In this document: piece by piece, positions 36,991 to 46,754 of the stretch
How the letters are laid out: each line of letters opens with the position of its first letter
How positions within the stretch are numbered: the stretch's first letter is position 1
Assembly: GCA_946611195.1 (NCBI GenBank)
Contig: CAMODB010000005.1
Location: 1 to 55,737 of the forward strand
Reading direction: 5' to 3'
From: an uncultured Bacillota bacterium
Lineage (GTDB): Bacteria; Bacillota_I; Bacilli_A; ML615J-28; CAG-313
DNA length: 55,737 bases
Translations under genes and position numbers: made by a program
Notes under the pieces: model-generated
Database searches by the model: none
The model's input: the letters and a program-made list of their open reading frames with translations, nothing else
Told to the model about the DNA's origin: nothing

Positions 36991-38361
36991 TTATAGTTTA
37001 GTAATGAAAGCACGATATCCTCTATAAGCTTCATAAACATCTACTTTAGATACTACTTCCATAGGTGAATGCATACTTAAAACAGCTACACCGGCATCAA
37101 CTACATTCATATTCATATTGCCTAAGATATATGCGATTGTACCACCACCACCTTGGTCTACTTTACCAAGTTCACTTGTTTGCCAATTTACATCACTTTC
37201 ATCCATTGCTTTTCTAATTTCCGCAAAGAATTCTGGCATAGCATCATTACAACCACTCTTACCACGAGCACCAGTATATTTATTAAAACATAAACCATTG
37301 CCAAGATAAGCTGCATTTTTACTATCATTAACTCCTGCATAAAGTGGATCGTAACCTGCTGATACATCACTTGATAACATCTTAGTATTAGTTAACGCAT
37401 TTCTTAATTTTAAATCATTATAATCAGTTGTTTTAGCAATTAGATTTGCGATAACATTTTCAAACCAACGTGAATGAGCACCAGTCGCACCTACTGAACC
37501 TACTTCTTCTTTATCCACAAGAACAGCACATGATGTATAATCTACTTTTTCTTCATCAAGAACAGCCATTAATGATGTATAAGCACATACTCTATCATCA
37601 TGACCATAACCAGCAATCATACTACGATCAAGTCCATAATCACGAGCTGGACCAGCTGGAACAATTTCAAGTTCAGCGCTTAAGAAATCTTCTTCTTCAA
37701 AGCCATATTTATCATTAAGAAGTTTTAAAATATTTTTCTTAATTGCATCCTTTTCTTCGTCACCTTCCATTGGAATAGAACCTACTGTTAAGTCTAAGTC
37801 TTCACCTTCTACTACTTTAGATGCTGGTTTACTCATTAAATCACCAGATAAATGAATTAATAAATCATTAATACCAACTACTGGATCATTTAAATCTTCA
37901 CCAACATTGACATCCACAACCGTACCATCTTTTTTAACTACTACACCATGAATAGCAAGAGGAATAGTAACATATAAATATTTTTTAATTCCACCATAAT
38001 AATGTGTATCCATTAAACAGAATCCATCTCTTTCATAAAGAGGATTTTGTTTAACATCGAGACGTGGTGAATCGATATGAGCACCTAGTACTCTTAAACC
38101 ACATTCTAAATCTTTTTTACCAATTACGAAAGCCGCAAAGTTTTTACCTTTGTTTGTTGCAAAAACCTTATCGCCAGGTTTTAAATTCTTAACTTCATCT
38201 AAATTTTTAAAACCTCTTTCGGAAGCTAATCTTATAGCTTCTTTTACACAAAGTCTTTCTGTTTTCCCTTTCGATAAGAAAGACATATAACCATCATTAA
38301 AACTAAATACTTTATCTAGTCCATCTTTTTGATATTTTTTCCATGCATTTTTTGCGTACAT
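36991..38361 (-). CDS. M18 family aminopeptidase (ApeA-like)
   Basis: GAHIDSPRL, GHDDRVC, DKEEVGS, SSDV, GGGGTI, SMHSP. Confidence 0.93.
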   Translation of the reverse strand: MYAKNAWKKYQKDGLDKVFSFNDGYMSFLSKGKTERLCVKEAIRLASERGFKNLDEVKNLKPGDKVFATNKGKNFAAFVIGKKDLECGLRVLGAHIDSPRLDVKQNPLYERDGFCLMDTHYYGGIKKYLYVTIPLAIHGVVVKKDGTVVDVNVGEDLNDPVVGINDLLIHLSGDLMSKPASKVVEGEDLDLTVGSIPMEGDEEKDAIKKNILKLLNDKYGFEEEDFLSAELEIVPAGPARDYGLDRSMIAGYGHDDRVCAYTSLMAVLDEEKVDYTSCAVLVDKEEVGSVGATGAHSRWFENVIANLIAKTTDYNDLKLRNALTNTKMLSSDVSAGYDPLYAGVNDSKNAAYLGNGLCFNKYTGARGKSGCNDAMPEFFAEIRKAMDESDVNWQTSELGKVDQGGGGTIAYILGNMNMNVVDAGVAVLSMHSPMEVVSKVDVYEAYRGYRAFITKL

Positions 38362-38415
38362 AATAATACCTCCAATATTTATTATATCACTTTAGTAATA
38401 ATTATTCATTAAAAA

Positions 38416-38441
38416 AACTTGACTACAAATGTAATCAAGTT
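38416..38441 (-). terminator. Terminator after the lipoprotein gene
   Basis: aacttgactac-aaat-gtaatcaagtt, one mismatch, U run on the minus strand. Confidence 0.65.
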
Positions 38442-38487
38442 ATTTTTAAAGTCATTATAAAACGATCATATTAATTATACATTAGTA

Positions 38488-39948
38488 TTACGCAAATAAA
38501 TCACCATACCACTTTAAAACGTCTTCTCTAAAAGAATATATATATCGTATCAAATCGTCCTGATTAATCTCTCCGCGTTGAACATAATAAATAGGATGAT
38601 GCCAATGTTTTTTGAAACCATTAAATTTAGCGTGATAATACATCATTATTCTATCATATCGCATATTTTCTGACATAATTTCATATAATCTTGTCATCAT
38701 ATTATTATTATCAAGATTCTTTAATTTTTGATAAACATCATATTTAGGAGAACAATATATGTTTATATTGGATAATTCTTCCGCAATTTTTAATAAAAAC
38801 ATATTTTCTTCATCAGTATTATTATAATTTGGAATAACAAAACCATATAGCCAGGTATTTACATTATAATAATTTGCTTCAGACAAATCTAAACCATATA
38901 TTTTTTTACCATCTAATTCGAAATCACTAATAGGTTCAGTGAATTTTCCATATGGCTCAAAAATTGGTTTAATTACCGCATTATTACTTGGATACGGAAC
39001 GATACCCTCTGTTTCCGGATTAAAGTCACCAGATAATGGTGCAGTAAATTTAGCTTGAGATCCTTTTACTAACTTAACGCCGTATTCATTCAAAAAACTT
39101 GCATATTCAGAAACAGTCTGTTTATTGTAATTTGAAATATCACATGTCAAATATCCACTTGCGCCCAAATTTCCACAAATATTATCATAAGAATCAAAAT
39201 TCGATTTTTGAATATATCTGCATTTAGCATTATATTCATAATATTTTTCTAAAGTCCATTCTCCTTTATAAAACAAAGTTAAAGGATCTTCTAATCCGTT
39301 CCTTGCTATTTCTGCTTTATCATATACAAGCATATTGTTTTCATTCATATTTTTAAAGCATGTCATATAAACATTATTATGAATAACTATGTCTGAATAA
39401 AGACTTTTAATATCATCAAAATTATTCAAATAACCTTCTTTTGTGTTTAAATTATATAAGGACACAAAATAGTCATTATAATCGATGGATTCCTTTTCTT
39501 TCAAATATACGTGATCATATATTAAATTTTCCATATTTGAAATGATAATTTGTGGATAATCTTCTTTATTTTCTAATTCTCTTACATAATCTATATGTCT
39601 AAATACTTTCGAAGGGTCAATAAAGAAATCATTTTTTTTCGTAATATAGTCTTCATCATCTTTATTCAACAAGCCATCGGAAATATCTTTAAACACTATA
39701 TTTATATTATATTTTTTACATACTTCATTAACCAAATCTTCTTTTTGTTTAATAGTATTGTAACCATATAAATCCACATATCCAATAACAATCTTTTTAG
39801 GAGAATTTGTTTCACCAGTTCCAGTAGAATCAACTATGTCAGTATTACCATTTCCTGTGGTTTTTACATAAGAACTTTCTTCTTGTTTTTTACAAGAAAA
39901 AGTAAATAATATAAAACTCAACAAAAATACTATCAAAATTTTTTTCAT
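38488..39948 (-). CDS. Lipoprotein, divergent extracellular solute-binding-protein-like
   Basis: Lipobox FTFSC, Thr/Gly linker, YDKAEIARNGLEDPLTLFYKGEWTLEKY resembling family-1 SBP segments. Confidence 0.6.
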   Translation of the reverse strand: MKKILIVFLLSFILFTFSCKKQEESSYVKTTGNGNTDIVDSTGTGETNSPKKIVIGYVDLYGYNTIKQKEDLVNEVCKKYNINIVFKDISDGLLNKDDEDYITKKNDFFIDPSKVFRHIDYVRELENKEDYPQIIISNMENLIYDHVYLKEKESIDYNDYFVSLYNLNTKEGYLNNFDDIKSLYSDIVIHNNVYMTCFKNMNENNMLVYDKAEIARNGLEDPLTLFYKGEWTLEKYYEYNAKCRYIQKSNFDSYDNICGNLGASGYLTCDISNYNKQTVSEYASFLNEYGVKLVKGSQAKFTAPLSGDFNPETEGIVPYPSNNAVIKPIFEPYGKFTEPISDFELDGKKIYGLDLSEANYYNVNTWLYGFVIPNYNNTDEENMFLLKIAEELSNINIYCSPKYDVYQKLKNLDNNNMMTRLYEIMSENMRYDRIMMYYHAKFNGFKKHWHHPIYYVQRGEINQDDLIRYIYSFREDVLKWYGDLFA

Positions 39949-40028
39949 ATTCTATTCCTCCATCAATTAGATTATATCATATTATTATTATTATTATGTA
40001 AGTACATTTATTTCAATAAATGATAAAA

Positions 40029-40053
40029 ATCCTCCATTACAAAAATGGAGGAT
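40029..40053 (-). terminator. Hydrogenase operon terminator
   Basis: atcctccatt / aatggaggat, U run on the minus strand. Confidence 0.8.
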
Positions 40054-40073
40054 AATTTATTTATTATATAGAA

Positions 40074-41846
40074 TTATTTTTCTGGGAATTGTACTCTATC
40101 TTTATTGTAATGAGTATGTAATAATTCATGTGCTTTATGAGAGTTAGGTTCGCCTAAGAATTTGTTATATAATTCAATAATTTGAGGGTTATTATGTGAT
40201 TGACGTAGAACTTGTCTTTCGTCTTCTGAATATAAGGCATTAGCTCTCTTTTGACGATATGTATCAATAATATCTAAATCTTCATTTGGCATTAGTGAAG
40301 GTTTGATATATGGTTGACCACCACCGTTTACACATCCACCAGGACATCCCATGATTTCAATAAAGGCATATGGACTCTTACCATCTCTAATTTGGTCTAA
40401 TAAGACTTTAGCATTTCTCATACCTGATGCAACAGCAACTTTAAGAATTGTACCATTGATATTAATATCTGCTTCTTTTAAGCCTTCCATACCACGTACT
40501 TGTTTAAATTCAATAGGGTTACTTTCTTTACCAGTAAGTACTTTATAAGCAGTTCTTAATGCTGCTTCCATAACACCACCAGTTGTACCGAAGATTACAC
40601 CAGCACCAGTATAATCACCCATTAAATCTTGATCATATTCTTCATCAGGAAGTTTAGCAAAATTAATACCACTTCTCTTAATTAATTTTGCAAGCTCTCT
40701 TGTTGTTAAAACGGCATCAACATCTCTTAAGCCATTTACTTCCATTTCTGGACGTTCTTTTTCAAACTTTTTAGCAACACATGGCATAATTGATACAACG
40801 AAAATATCTTTTGGATCAAGACCTTTTTCTTGTGCAAAATATGATTTAATAATTGCACCTTGCATTTGGTGTGGAGATTTACAACTTGATAGATGATCTA
40901 TTTGATCTGGGTAGAAATATTCTGCATAATTAACCCAACCTGGTGAACATGAAGTAATCATTGGTAATACACCATTTGATTTGATTCTTGCAAGTAATTC
41001 ATTAGCTTCTTCCATGATTGTTAAATCGGCACCGAAGTTTGTATCATATACTTTATTGAAACCAAGTCTCTTTAAAGCAGCTACCATTTTACCAGTAACA
41101 GGTGTACCAACAGGGAAGCCGAATTCTTCACCAAGAGCAGCACGAACAGCTGGAGCTGTTTGAACTACAACATATTTACCTTGACGCATAGCTTCATCAA
41201 CTTTATCGATTTCGCTCTTTTCCATTAAAGCACCAGTAGGACAAACATTTACACATTGACCACATAAGATACATGGGCTTTCCATGAAACTACGATTTTC
41301 TGCAGGTGCAATATAAGTATTAAATCCACGTTTTTCAAAGCCTAAGATACCAGTACCATGAGCATTAACACAACGTGCTACACAACGACCACAAAGTACA
41401 CATTTAGATGTATCTCTAATAATAGATGGTGATACATTATCATAATGAGTAGGAGTCTTTGCACCCATAAATTTATCTTCTCTAGCACCTGTAAGTTGAG
41501 CTACATGAAGTAATTCACAATGACCATTCTTTTCACATTGTTGACATTTGAATGAGTGATTTGATAATAATAATTCAACACTAACACGACGAGCATGAAC
41601 AGCTTTTGGTGAGGAAATTCTAATTTCCATTCCTTCTGCAATTGGATATACACATGAGGCTACTAAACCACGAGCACCTGTTGCTTCGACTAAACAAACA
41701 CGACAAGATGCTAAGCTACATTCACCATGATTATAGCTACATAGAGTTGGGATTTCATAACCACAAATTCTTGCAGCTTCAAGGATTGTTAAGCCTTCTT
41801 CTACTTGATATGGAACGCCTTCAATTTTAATATTTACTTTTGCCAT
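40074..41846 (-). CDS. hydA: [FeFe]-hydrogenase catalytic subunit (group A3, HydA/HndD-like)
   Basis: N-terminal 2Fe-2S, His-ligated 4Fe-4S and 2x4Fe-4S domains. H-cluster motifs TSCSPGW, MPCVAKKFE, EIMGCPGGCVNGGGQP. Confidence 0.95.
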   Translation of the reverse strand: MAKVNIKIEGVPYQVEEGLTILEAARICGYEIPTLCSYNHGECSLASCRVCLVEATGARGLVASCVYPIAEGMEIRISSPKAVHARRVSVELLLSNHSFKCQQCEKNGHCELLHVAQLTGAREDKFMGAKTPTHYDNVSPSIIRDTSKCVLCGRCVARCVNAHGTGILGFEKRGFNTYIAPAENRSFMESPCILCGQCVNVCPTGALMEKSEIDKVDEAMRQGKYVVVQTAPAVRAALGEEFGFPVGTPVTGKMVAALKRLGFNKVYDTNFGADLTIMEEANELLARIKSNGVLPMITSCSPGWVNYAEYFYPDQIDHLSSCKSPHQMQGAIIKSYFAQEKGLDPKDIFVVSIMPCVAKKFEKERPEMEVNGLRDVDAVLTTRELAKLIKRSGINFAKLPDEEYDQDLMGDYTGAGVIFGTTGGVMEAALRTAYKVLTGKESNPIEFKQVRGMEGLKEADININGTILKVAVASGMRNAKVLLDQIRDGKSPYAFIEIMGCPGGCVNGGGQPYIKPSLMPNEDLDIIDTYRQKRANALYSEDERQVLRQSHNNPQIIELYNKFLGEPNSHKAHELLHTHYNKDRVQFPEK

Positions 41847-41860
41847 AATTAGTATCTCCT

Positions 41861-43741
41861 TTAGTTCTTGCTGACAGCGCCAAACTTACATACAGATTGA
41901 CACATGCCGCACTTAACACATTTAGATGAATCAATAAACATAGATGGAAGTTTATGACCTGGAGCTACATAATCTGTCTTATGAATAGTTTCAACTGGAC
42001 AGTTACGAGCACACATACCACAACCAATACATTTATCTTTATCAATTACATATTCCATTAAATTCTTACAAATATGAGCTGGACATTTCTTATCAACAAC
42101 GTGGGCAACATATTCATTTCTGAATTGTTTCATTGTTGATAAAATTGGGTTAGCAGCTGTTTGACCTAAACCACAAATAGAATTAGATTTAGTTGCATCT
42201 GCTAATTCTTCAAGGTCTGCTAAATCTTGTAAAGTTCCTTTACCATCAGTAATTCTGGTTAGAATTTCAAGCATTCTCTTAGTACCGATACGACATGGAG
42301 AACATTTACCACATGATTCATCACAGATAAAGTCCATATAGAACTTAGCTACGTCAACCATACAGTTGTCTTCATCCATTACGATAGCACCACCAGAACC
42401 CATCATTGATCCTTTAGCAATTAAGTTATCATAATCAATAGGAGTATCTAAGTCAGCAGCTGTTAAACATCCACCTGATGGACCACCAGTTTGAATAGCT
42501 TTGAATTTTTTACCATTTGCGATACCACCACCGATATCATAAACAAGTTCTCTTAAAGTAATACCCATAGGTACTTCTACTAGACCAACGTTATTTACTT
42601 TACCAGCTAGAGCGAATACTTTAGTACCTTTACTCTTTTCCGTACCCATAGTGATGAATTTATCAGCACCTTCTCTTAATACATATGGAACAGTACCTAA
42701 AGTTTCAACGTTATTGATGATTGATGGATGTTGCCATAAACCTTTAACAGCAGGGAATGGTGGACGAGGACGAGGCATACCACGTTTACCTTCAATTGAA
42801 TTTAGTAAAGCAGTTTCTTCACCACATACGAAAGCACCAGCACCTAGTCTTAAATGAACATCAAAACTAAAATCAGTACCTAAAATATGATCACCAATTA
42901 AACCAATTTCTTTTAATTGTTTAATAGCATTCTTAATTCTTCTTACAGCTGTAGGATATTCAGCACGAATATAGAAATAACCGTTTTGAGCACCTATTGC
43001 GTAACCAGCAATCATCATACCTTCGATTACTGCAAATGGATTACCTTCAAGAAGAGCACTATCCATGAATGCACCTGGGTCACCTTCATCACCGTTACAT
43101 ACTACATATTTAGTACCAGCAGGTTGGTTAAGAGCGAATTGCCATTTTCTACCAGTAGGGAATCCACCACCACCACGACCACGAAGACCTGATTTTAATA
43201 TTTCATCTACAACTTCTTGTGGTTTCATACTTAAGGCTCTAAGTAAACCTTGGAATGCACCATAACCTAAAGCTTCTTGAACATTTTCTGGGTTGATTAC
43301 ACCAACACCATGTAATGCAACCTTAACTTGTTTTTTATAGAAGCTCATTTCTTCTAATTTATAAGCTTTTTGTTTAGTAACAGGATCAACATAGATTAAA
43401 CGATCGATGATTTCACCTTTCGCAAGAGTCTTATCAACGATTTCTTCTACGTCACTTACTTTAACACCTTTATAAACTAATTCATCAGGATAGATTTTAA
43501 TGAAAGGTCCTTGACTACAGAAACCAAAACAGCCAACGATGTTAGCTTCGAATTTGTCATCAAGTTTACGATCTTTAATTACTTTTTGTAATTCTTCTAA
43601 AATCTTTTGTGATTCATTAGATAAACAACCAGTACCAGCACAAACTAAAATACTTCTTTTTTTAGTATTTGCAAATTTGTTATTTAAAGTAGCAGTTCTT
43701 TCATCAATAATGGTTCTTAATTCTTTTTCAGTTTGAATCAT
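41861..43741 (-). CDS. hydB: NADH/FMN-binding diaphorase subunit (HydB/NuoF-like) with N-terminal thioredoxin-like FeS and C-terminal 2x4Fe-4S domains
   Basis: GRGGGGFPTG, NGDEGDPGAFMD, GAFVCGEET, GGPSGG, SMMGSGG, CGKCSPCR. Confidence 0.95.
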   Translation of the reverse strand: MIQTEKELRTIIDERTATLNNKFANTKKRSILVCAGTGCLSNESQKILEELQKVIKDRKLDDKFEANIVGCFGFCSQGPFIKIYPDELVYKGVKVSDVEEIVDKTLAKGEIIDRLIYVDPVTKQKAYKLEEMSFYKKQVKVALHGVGVINPENVQEALGYGAFQGLLRALSMKPQEVVDEILKSGLRGRGGGGFPTGRKWQFALNQPAGTKYVVCNGDEGDPGAFMDSALLEGNPFAVIEGMMIAGYAIGAQNGYFYIRAEYPTAVRRIKNAIKQLKEIGLIGDHILGTDFSFDVHLRLGAGAFVCGEETALLNSIEGKRGMPRPRPPFPAVKGLWQHPSIINNVETLGTVPYVLREGADKFITMGTEKSKGTKVFALAGKVNNVGLVEVPMGITLRELVYDIGGGIANGKKFKAIQTGGPSGGCLTAADLDTPIDYDNLIAKGSMMGSGGAIVMDEDNCMVDVAKFYMDFICDESCGKCSPCRIGTKRMLEILTRITDGKGTLQDLADLEELADATKSNSICGLGQTAANPILSTMKQFRNEYVAHVVDKKCPAHICKNLMEYVIDKDKCIGCGMCARNCPVETIHKTDYVAPGHKLPSMFIDSSKCVKCGMCQSVCKFGAVSKN

Positions 43742-43743
43742 TT

Positions 43744-44223
43744 TTACTTAGCTCCTTTATATTCATCAATAATCTTTTGTACTTCATCAACTTTTACGTT
43801 TGAATATACTTTATCATTTACCTTTAATGCAGGTGCTAAACTACAAGCACCGATACAACGTAAGGCATCTAAAGTAAATAAACCATCTTTAGTTGTGCAG
43901 CCAGGTTTAACATCAAGAAGTTCTTCAAATTTGCCAATAACTTGTTGAGCTCCTTTAACATAACATGCAGTACCTAAACAACATCCAATAACATATTTTC
44001 CTTTTGGATTTAAAGAGAAATACGAATAGAATGTTACAACACCATAGATTTCCGCAACAGGAATACCAGTTTTCTTCGAAACGATTTCTTGAACTTCAAG
44101 GGGAATATAGCCATATTCTTTTTGAATGTCCGAAAGAATTAACATTAATGGTGTTGGTTCATCAATGTAACGTGCAATGATTTCTTCGATTTGCTTCACA
44201 GCAGTATCATGTAATTTTGCCAT
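43744..44223 (-). CDS. hydC: 2Fe-2S subunit (HydC/NuoE-like), start reassigned to ATG 44223
   Basis: GVVTFYSYF, CLGTACYVKG, CIGACSLAP. GGAGG SD. Confidence 0.93.
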   Translation of the reverse strand: MAKLHDTAVKQIEEIIARYIDEPTPLMLILSDIQKEYGYIPLEVQEIVSKKTGIPVAEIYGVVTFYSYFSLNPKGKYVIGCCLGTACYVKGAQQVIGKFEELLDVKPGCTTKDGLFTLDALRCIGACSLAPALKVNDKVYSNVKVDEVQKIIDEYKGAK

Positions 44224-44378
44224 AATAACCTCCAAATTAGGGCTTTTAAAACTTTAGCCCATAATACATATGTATTTTATCAAATATTTTGATTTTTTTC
44301 AAAGAATATAACACGATAATCAGTTAGCTATCGCTAACTTAATTGTTAACTTTTCCTTTAACTTATTTAAAAAGAAAA

Positions 44379-44403
44379 AAGAAAGAGATAAAATCTCTTT
44401 CTT
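44379..44403 (-). terminator. trxB terminator
   Basis: aagaaagagat / atctctttctt plus U run. Confidence 0.75.
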
Positions 44404-45322
44404 AAAGCGTATTAAGATATTTAACTGCTTCCGTTGCAGCCATAGCTCCATCGGATGTTGCGGTTACTAATTGACGAAGTTCTTTGGTTCGATTATCCCC
44501 AGCTACAAAGATACCTGGATAATTAGTATGACAATCTTCTTTTGCGATAACATAACCATTTTCATCTAAATTAATTAATGATGCAAAATTTTGATTTTCT
44601 GGGATTCGTCCTACCGCAACAAATAAACCATCTAATTCAATATTCTTCACACTTTGATCAAGTTTATTAGTTACTTCAATACCAGTTAATTTCTTATCAT
44701 ATAAAAGTTTAGTAACAATCGAATTATATATAATTTCAATATTATTATTTTCTTTTAATTTTTTTATTGTAGCATTGTCTGCTCGAAAACTATCTCGGCG
44801 ATGGATTAGATATACTTTTTTAACAAGTTTTGCTAGATAGAGGGTGTCTTCTATTGCGGTATTACCGCCACCTACTACACCAACTATTTTATCTTTATAA
44901 AAGTTACCATCACAAGTTGCACAATATGAAATACCACGACCAATTAATTTATCTTCCGCATCTAAACCTAATTTACGATTTTCTGATCCGGTTGCAATAA
45001 TAACAGCTTTCGCAAAATAACTATGTTTAGTTGTCTTTACTTCTTTTATGCCATTGTTATCAATTATTTCAATTGCTTTCTCAAACTTAAAGATTGCACC
45101 TAAGTTTTTAGCTTGTTGATACATTTTAGTTGCAAGTTCAAAGCCTGAAATATTAGGATTAGCTGGATAATTTTCAATATCTAAAGTATTAATAATTTGT
45201 CCACCATAGCTTAAGGCTTCTAAGACTAAGACTTCTTTAGATGCTCGTCTTGCGTAAATGGAGGCAGTAAGGCCAGCTGGACCTGCTCCAATAATGATGA
45301 TATCAAAAAGATTATCATTCAT
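44402..45322 (-). CDS. trxB: Thioredoxin-disulfide reductase
   Basis: IIGAGPAG, GISYCATCDG, VGGGNTA, GIFVAGD. Confidence 0.96.
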   Translation of the reverse strand: MNDNLFDIIIIGAGPAGLTASIYARRASKEVLVLEALSYGGQIINTLDIENYPANPNISGFELATKMYQQAKNLGAIFKFEKAIEIIDNNGIKEVKTTKHSYFAKAVIIATGSENRKLGLDAEDKLIGRGISYCATCDGNFYKDKIVGVVGGGNTAIEDTLYLAKLVKKVYLIHRRDSFRADNATIKKLKENNNIEIIYNSIVTKLLYDKKLTGIEVTNKLDQSVKNIELDGLFVAVGRIPENQNFASLINLDENGYVIAKEDCHTNYPGIFVAGDNRTKELRQLVTATSDGAMAATEAVKYLNTL

Positions 45323-45325
45323 TTT

Positions 45326-45637
45326 TTATTCCTCCATTAATTGAATAATTGCTTCCTTAGGTCTTAAGCCAACACTTCTATTTACTTCTTTACCATTTTT
45401 GATTACTACTAGACAAGGAATAGATGTTACATCATAATCACTTGCTAATTCATCATTATCATCGACATTAACAGAAACGATTTTGAAATCATTTCTTTCT
45501 TCCGCAATACCCACAAGGATTGGTTTTAAAGCTTGGCATGGTCCACACCAATCAGCATTAAAATCAACTAAAACAGGAAGGGTAGAATTTAAGACTTCTT
45601 CTTTAAAATTTTTTTCATTAATTTCTTTTATTTTCAT
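45326..45637 (-). CDS. trxA: Thioredoxin
   Basis: DFNADWCGPC, cis-Pro SIP. Confidence 0.96.
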   Translation of the reverse strand: MKIKEINEKNFKEEVLNSTLPVLVDFNADWCGPCQALKPILVGIAEERNDFKIVSVNVDDNDELASDYDVTSIPCLVVIKNGKEVNRSVGLRPKEAIIQLMEE

Positions 45638-45655
45638 ATTTTTCTCCTTTTTCTT

Positions 45656-46195
45656 TTATAATAATTCTTTAATATCTTGTTCCATATCTTCTGGTTTATA
45701 AGTTGGGCTATAACGTTTTACAACATTACCTTCTTTATCAACTAAAAATTTCGTGAAATTCCATTTGATATCTTCTTTCTTTTGATAAGTCTTACTAATT
45801 TTTTTAACACCATTCATGACTAATTTATTTTTAGCACCTTTAATAAGGTCATCACTAATCTTGCTCTTTAAGAAAGTGAATAATGGTTCTTCATTTTCCC
45901 CATTGACTTCTATTTTTGCTAGCTGATCAAAAGATGTTTGATATTTAGCTGTACAGAATTCATGGATTTCATCATCTTCTCCTGGGGCTTGATGACCGAA
46001 TTGATTACAAGGGAAATCTAAGATTTCTAAACCTTGTTCATGATACGCTTTATATAATTCTTCTAATCCTTTATATTGAGGGGTAAAACCACAACCTGTT
46101 GCGGTATTAACGATTAAAAGAACTTTACCTTTTAAAGTACTTAAATCTAATTTTTCTCCCTTACGGGCTTTAACTACAAATTCATAAATATTCAT
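45656..46195 (-). CDS. Cys-type glutathione peroxidase family (probably thioredoxin-dependent)
   Basis: VNTATGCGFTPQY, FPCNQF, WNFTKFL. Confidence 0.95.
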   Translation of the reverse strand: MNIYEFVVKARKGEKLDLSTLKGKVLLIVNTATGCGFTPQYKGLEELYKAYHEQGLEILDFPCNQFGHQAPGEDDEIHEFCTAKYQTSFDQLAKIEVNGENEEPLFTFLKSKISDDLIKGAKNKLVMNGVKKISKTYQKKEDIKWNFTKFLVDKEGNVVKRYSPTYKPEDMEQDIKELL

Positions 46196-46207
46196 TTTGT
46201 TTTCCTC

Positions 46208-46666
46208 CTATTTACACCACTTGCCATCCAATAACTTTTGTAAGATTTTCTTATAAGTTATTACTTCTTCCTTTGTTAGCCATTGTTCTTCGGCTAAAGT
46301 TTTTGGTACATTAACCGCTTTTTCTTTTAATTTTCTTCCCTCATCAGTTAAGGATATGACAATATTTCTTTTATCAAGGCAGTCTTTACAGATACTTATG
46401 TAACCTTTCTTTTCGAGTTTTTTTAGCATATCGGTTAAAGTATTAGCTTGTAAATAAAGAGCTTTGACTAAATCTTTTTCGTTAACCTTTTCTTTTTCCC
46501 ACATTACCATCATTGTAACATATTGCGTATAAGTTAAATTTAATTCTTTTAATAATGGTTGATAACGTCTTAAGATTTTATTACTTACCGCATAAGTTGG
46601 AAAACATATTTGATTACATAATAATAACATATCATATTCATTAATGTCTTTTGTTTTATCATCCAT
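46208..46666 (-). CDS. OhrR-like MarR family regulator
   Basis: NQICFPTY (OhrR QLCF sensing Cys), LTYTQYVTM, wHTH, LTDEGRKL. Confidence 0.85.
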   Translation of the reverse strand: MDDKTKDINEYDMLLLCNQICFPTYAVSNKILRRYQPLLKELNLTYTQYVTMMVMWEKEKVNEKDLVKALYLQANTLTDMLKKLEKKGYISICKDCLDKRNIVISLTDEGRKLKEKAVNVPKTLAEEQWLTKEEVITYKKILQKLLDGKWCK

Positions 46667-46683
46667 CTTATCACCTCAACAGT

Positions 46684-46712
46684 ATTATATCGTGTCCGAT
46701 ATATTTTGTCAA
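46684..46712 (-). promoter_or_regulatory. Consensus promoter TTGACA-17-TATAAT with an internal palindromic operator
   Basis: -35 at 46707-46712, -10 at 46684-46689. TATATCG-N4-CGATATA at 46686-46703. Confidence 0.85.
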
Positions 46713-46730
46713 GATTATTGCATTTAAAAA

Positions 46731-46754
46731 AGACATCTAGAATTCTAGATGTCT
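46731..46754 (-). terminator. Terminator at the end of the long pur-serS operon
   Basis: agacatctag-aatt-ctagatgtct, overlaps the stop codon, U run follows. Confidence 0.7.

Noticed and set aside
44287-44304. Rex operator upstream of hydC
   Set aside because: Only 10 of 14 positions match in very AT-rich DNA, and the nearby TTGTTAA is a half-site only.
4189-45701. Short antisense ORFs in the track (e.g. 4189, 8882, 9906, 13547, 14488, 17881, 20377, 22010, 26259, 37118, 40351, 42651, 43065, 45483)
   Set aside because: Shadows of well-supported genes on the opposite strand, with no motifs or SD.
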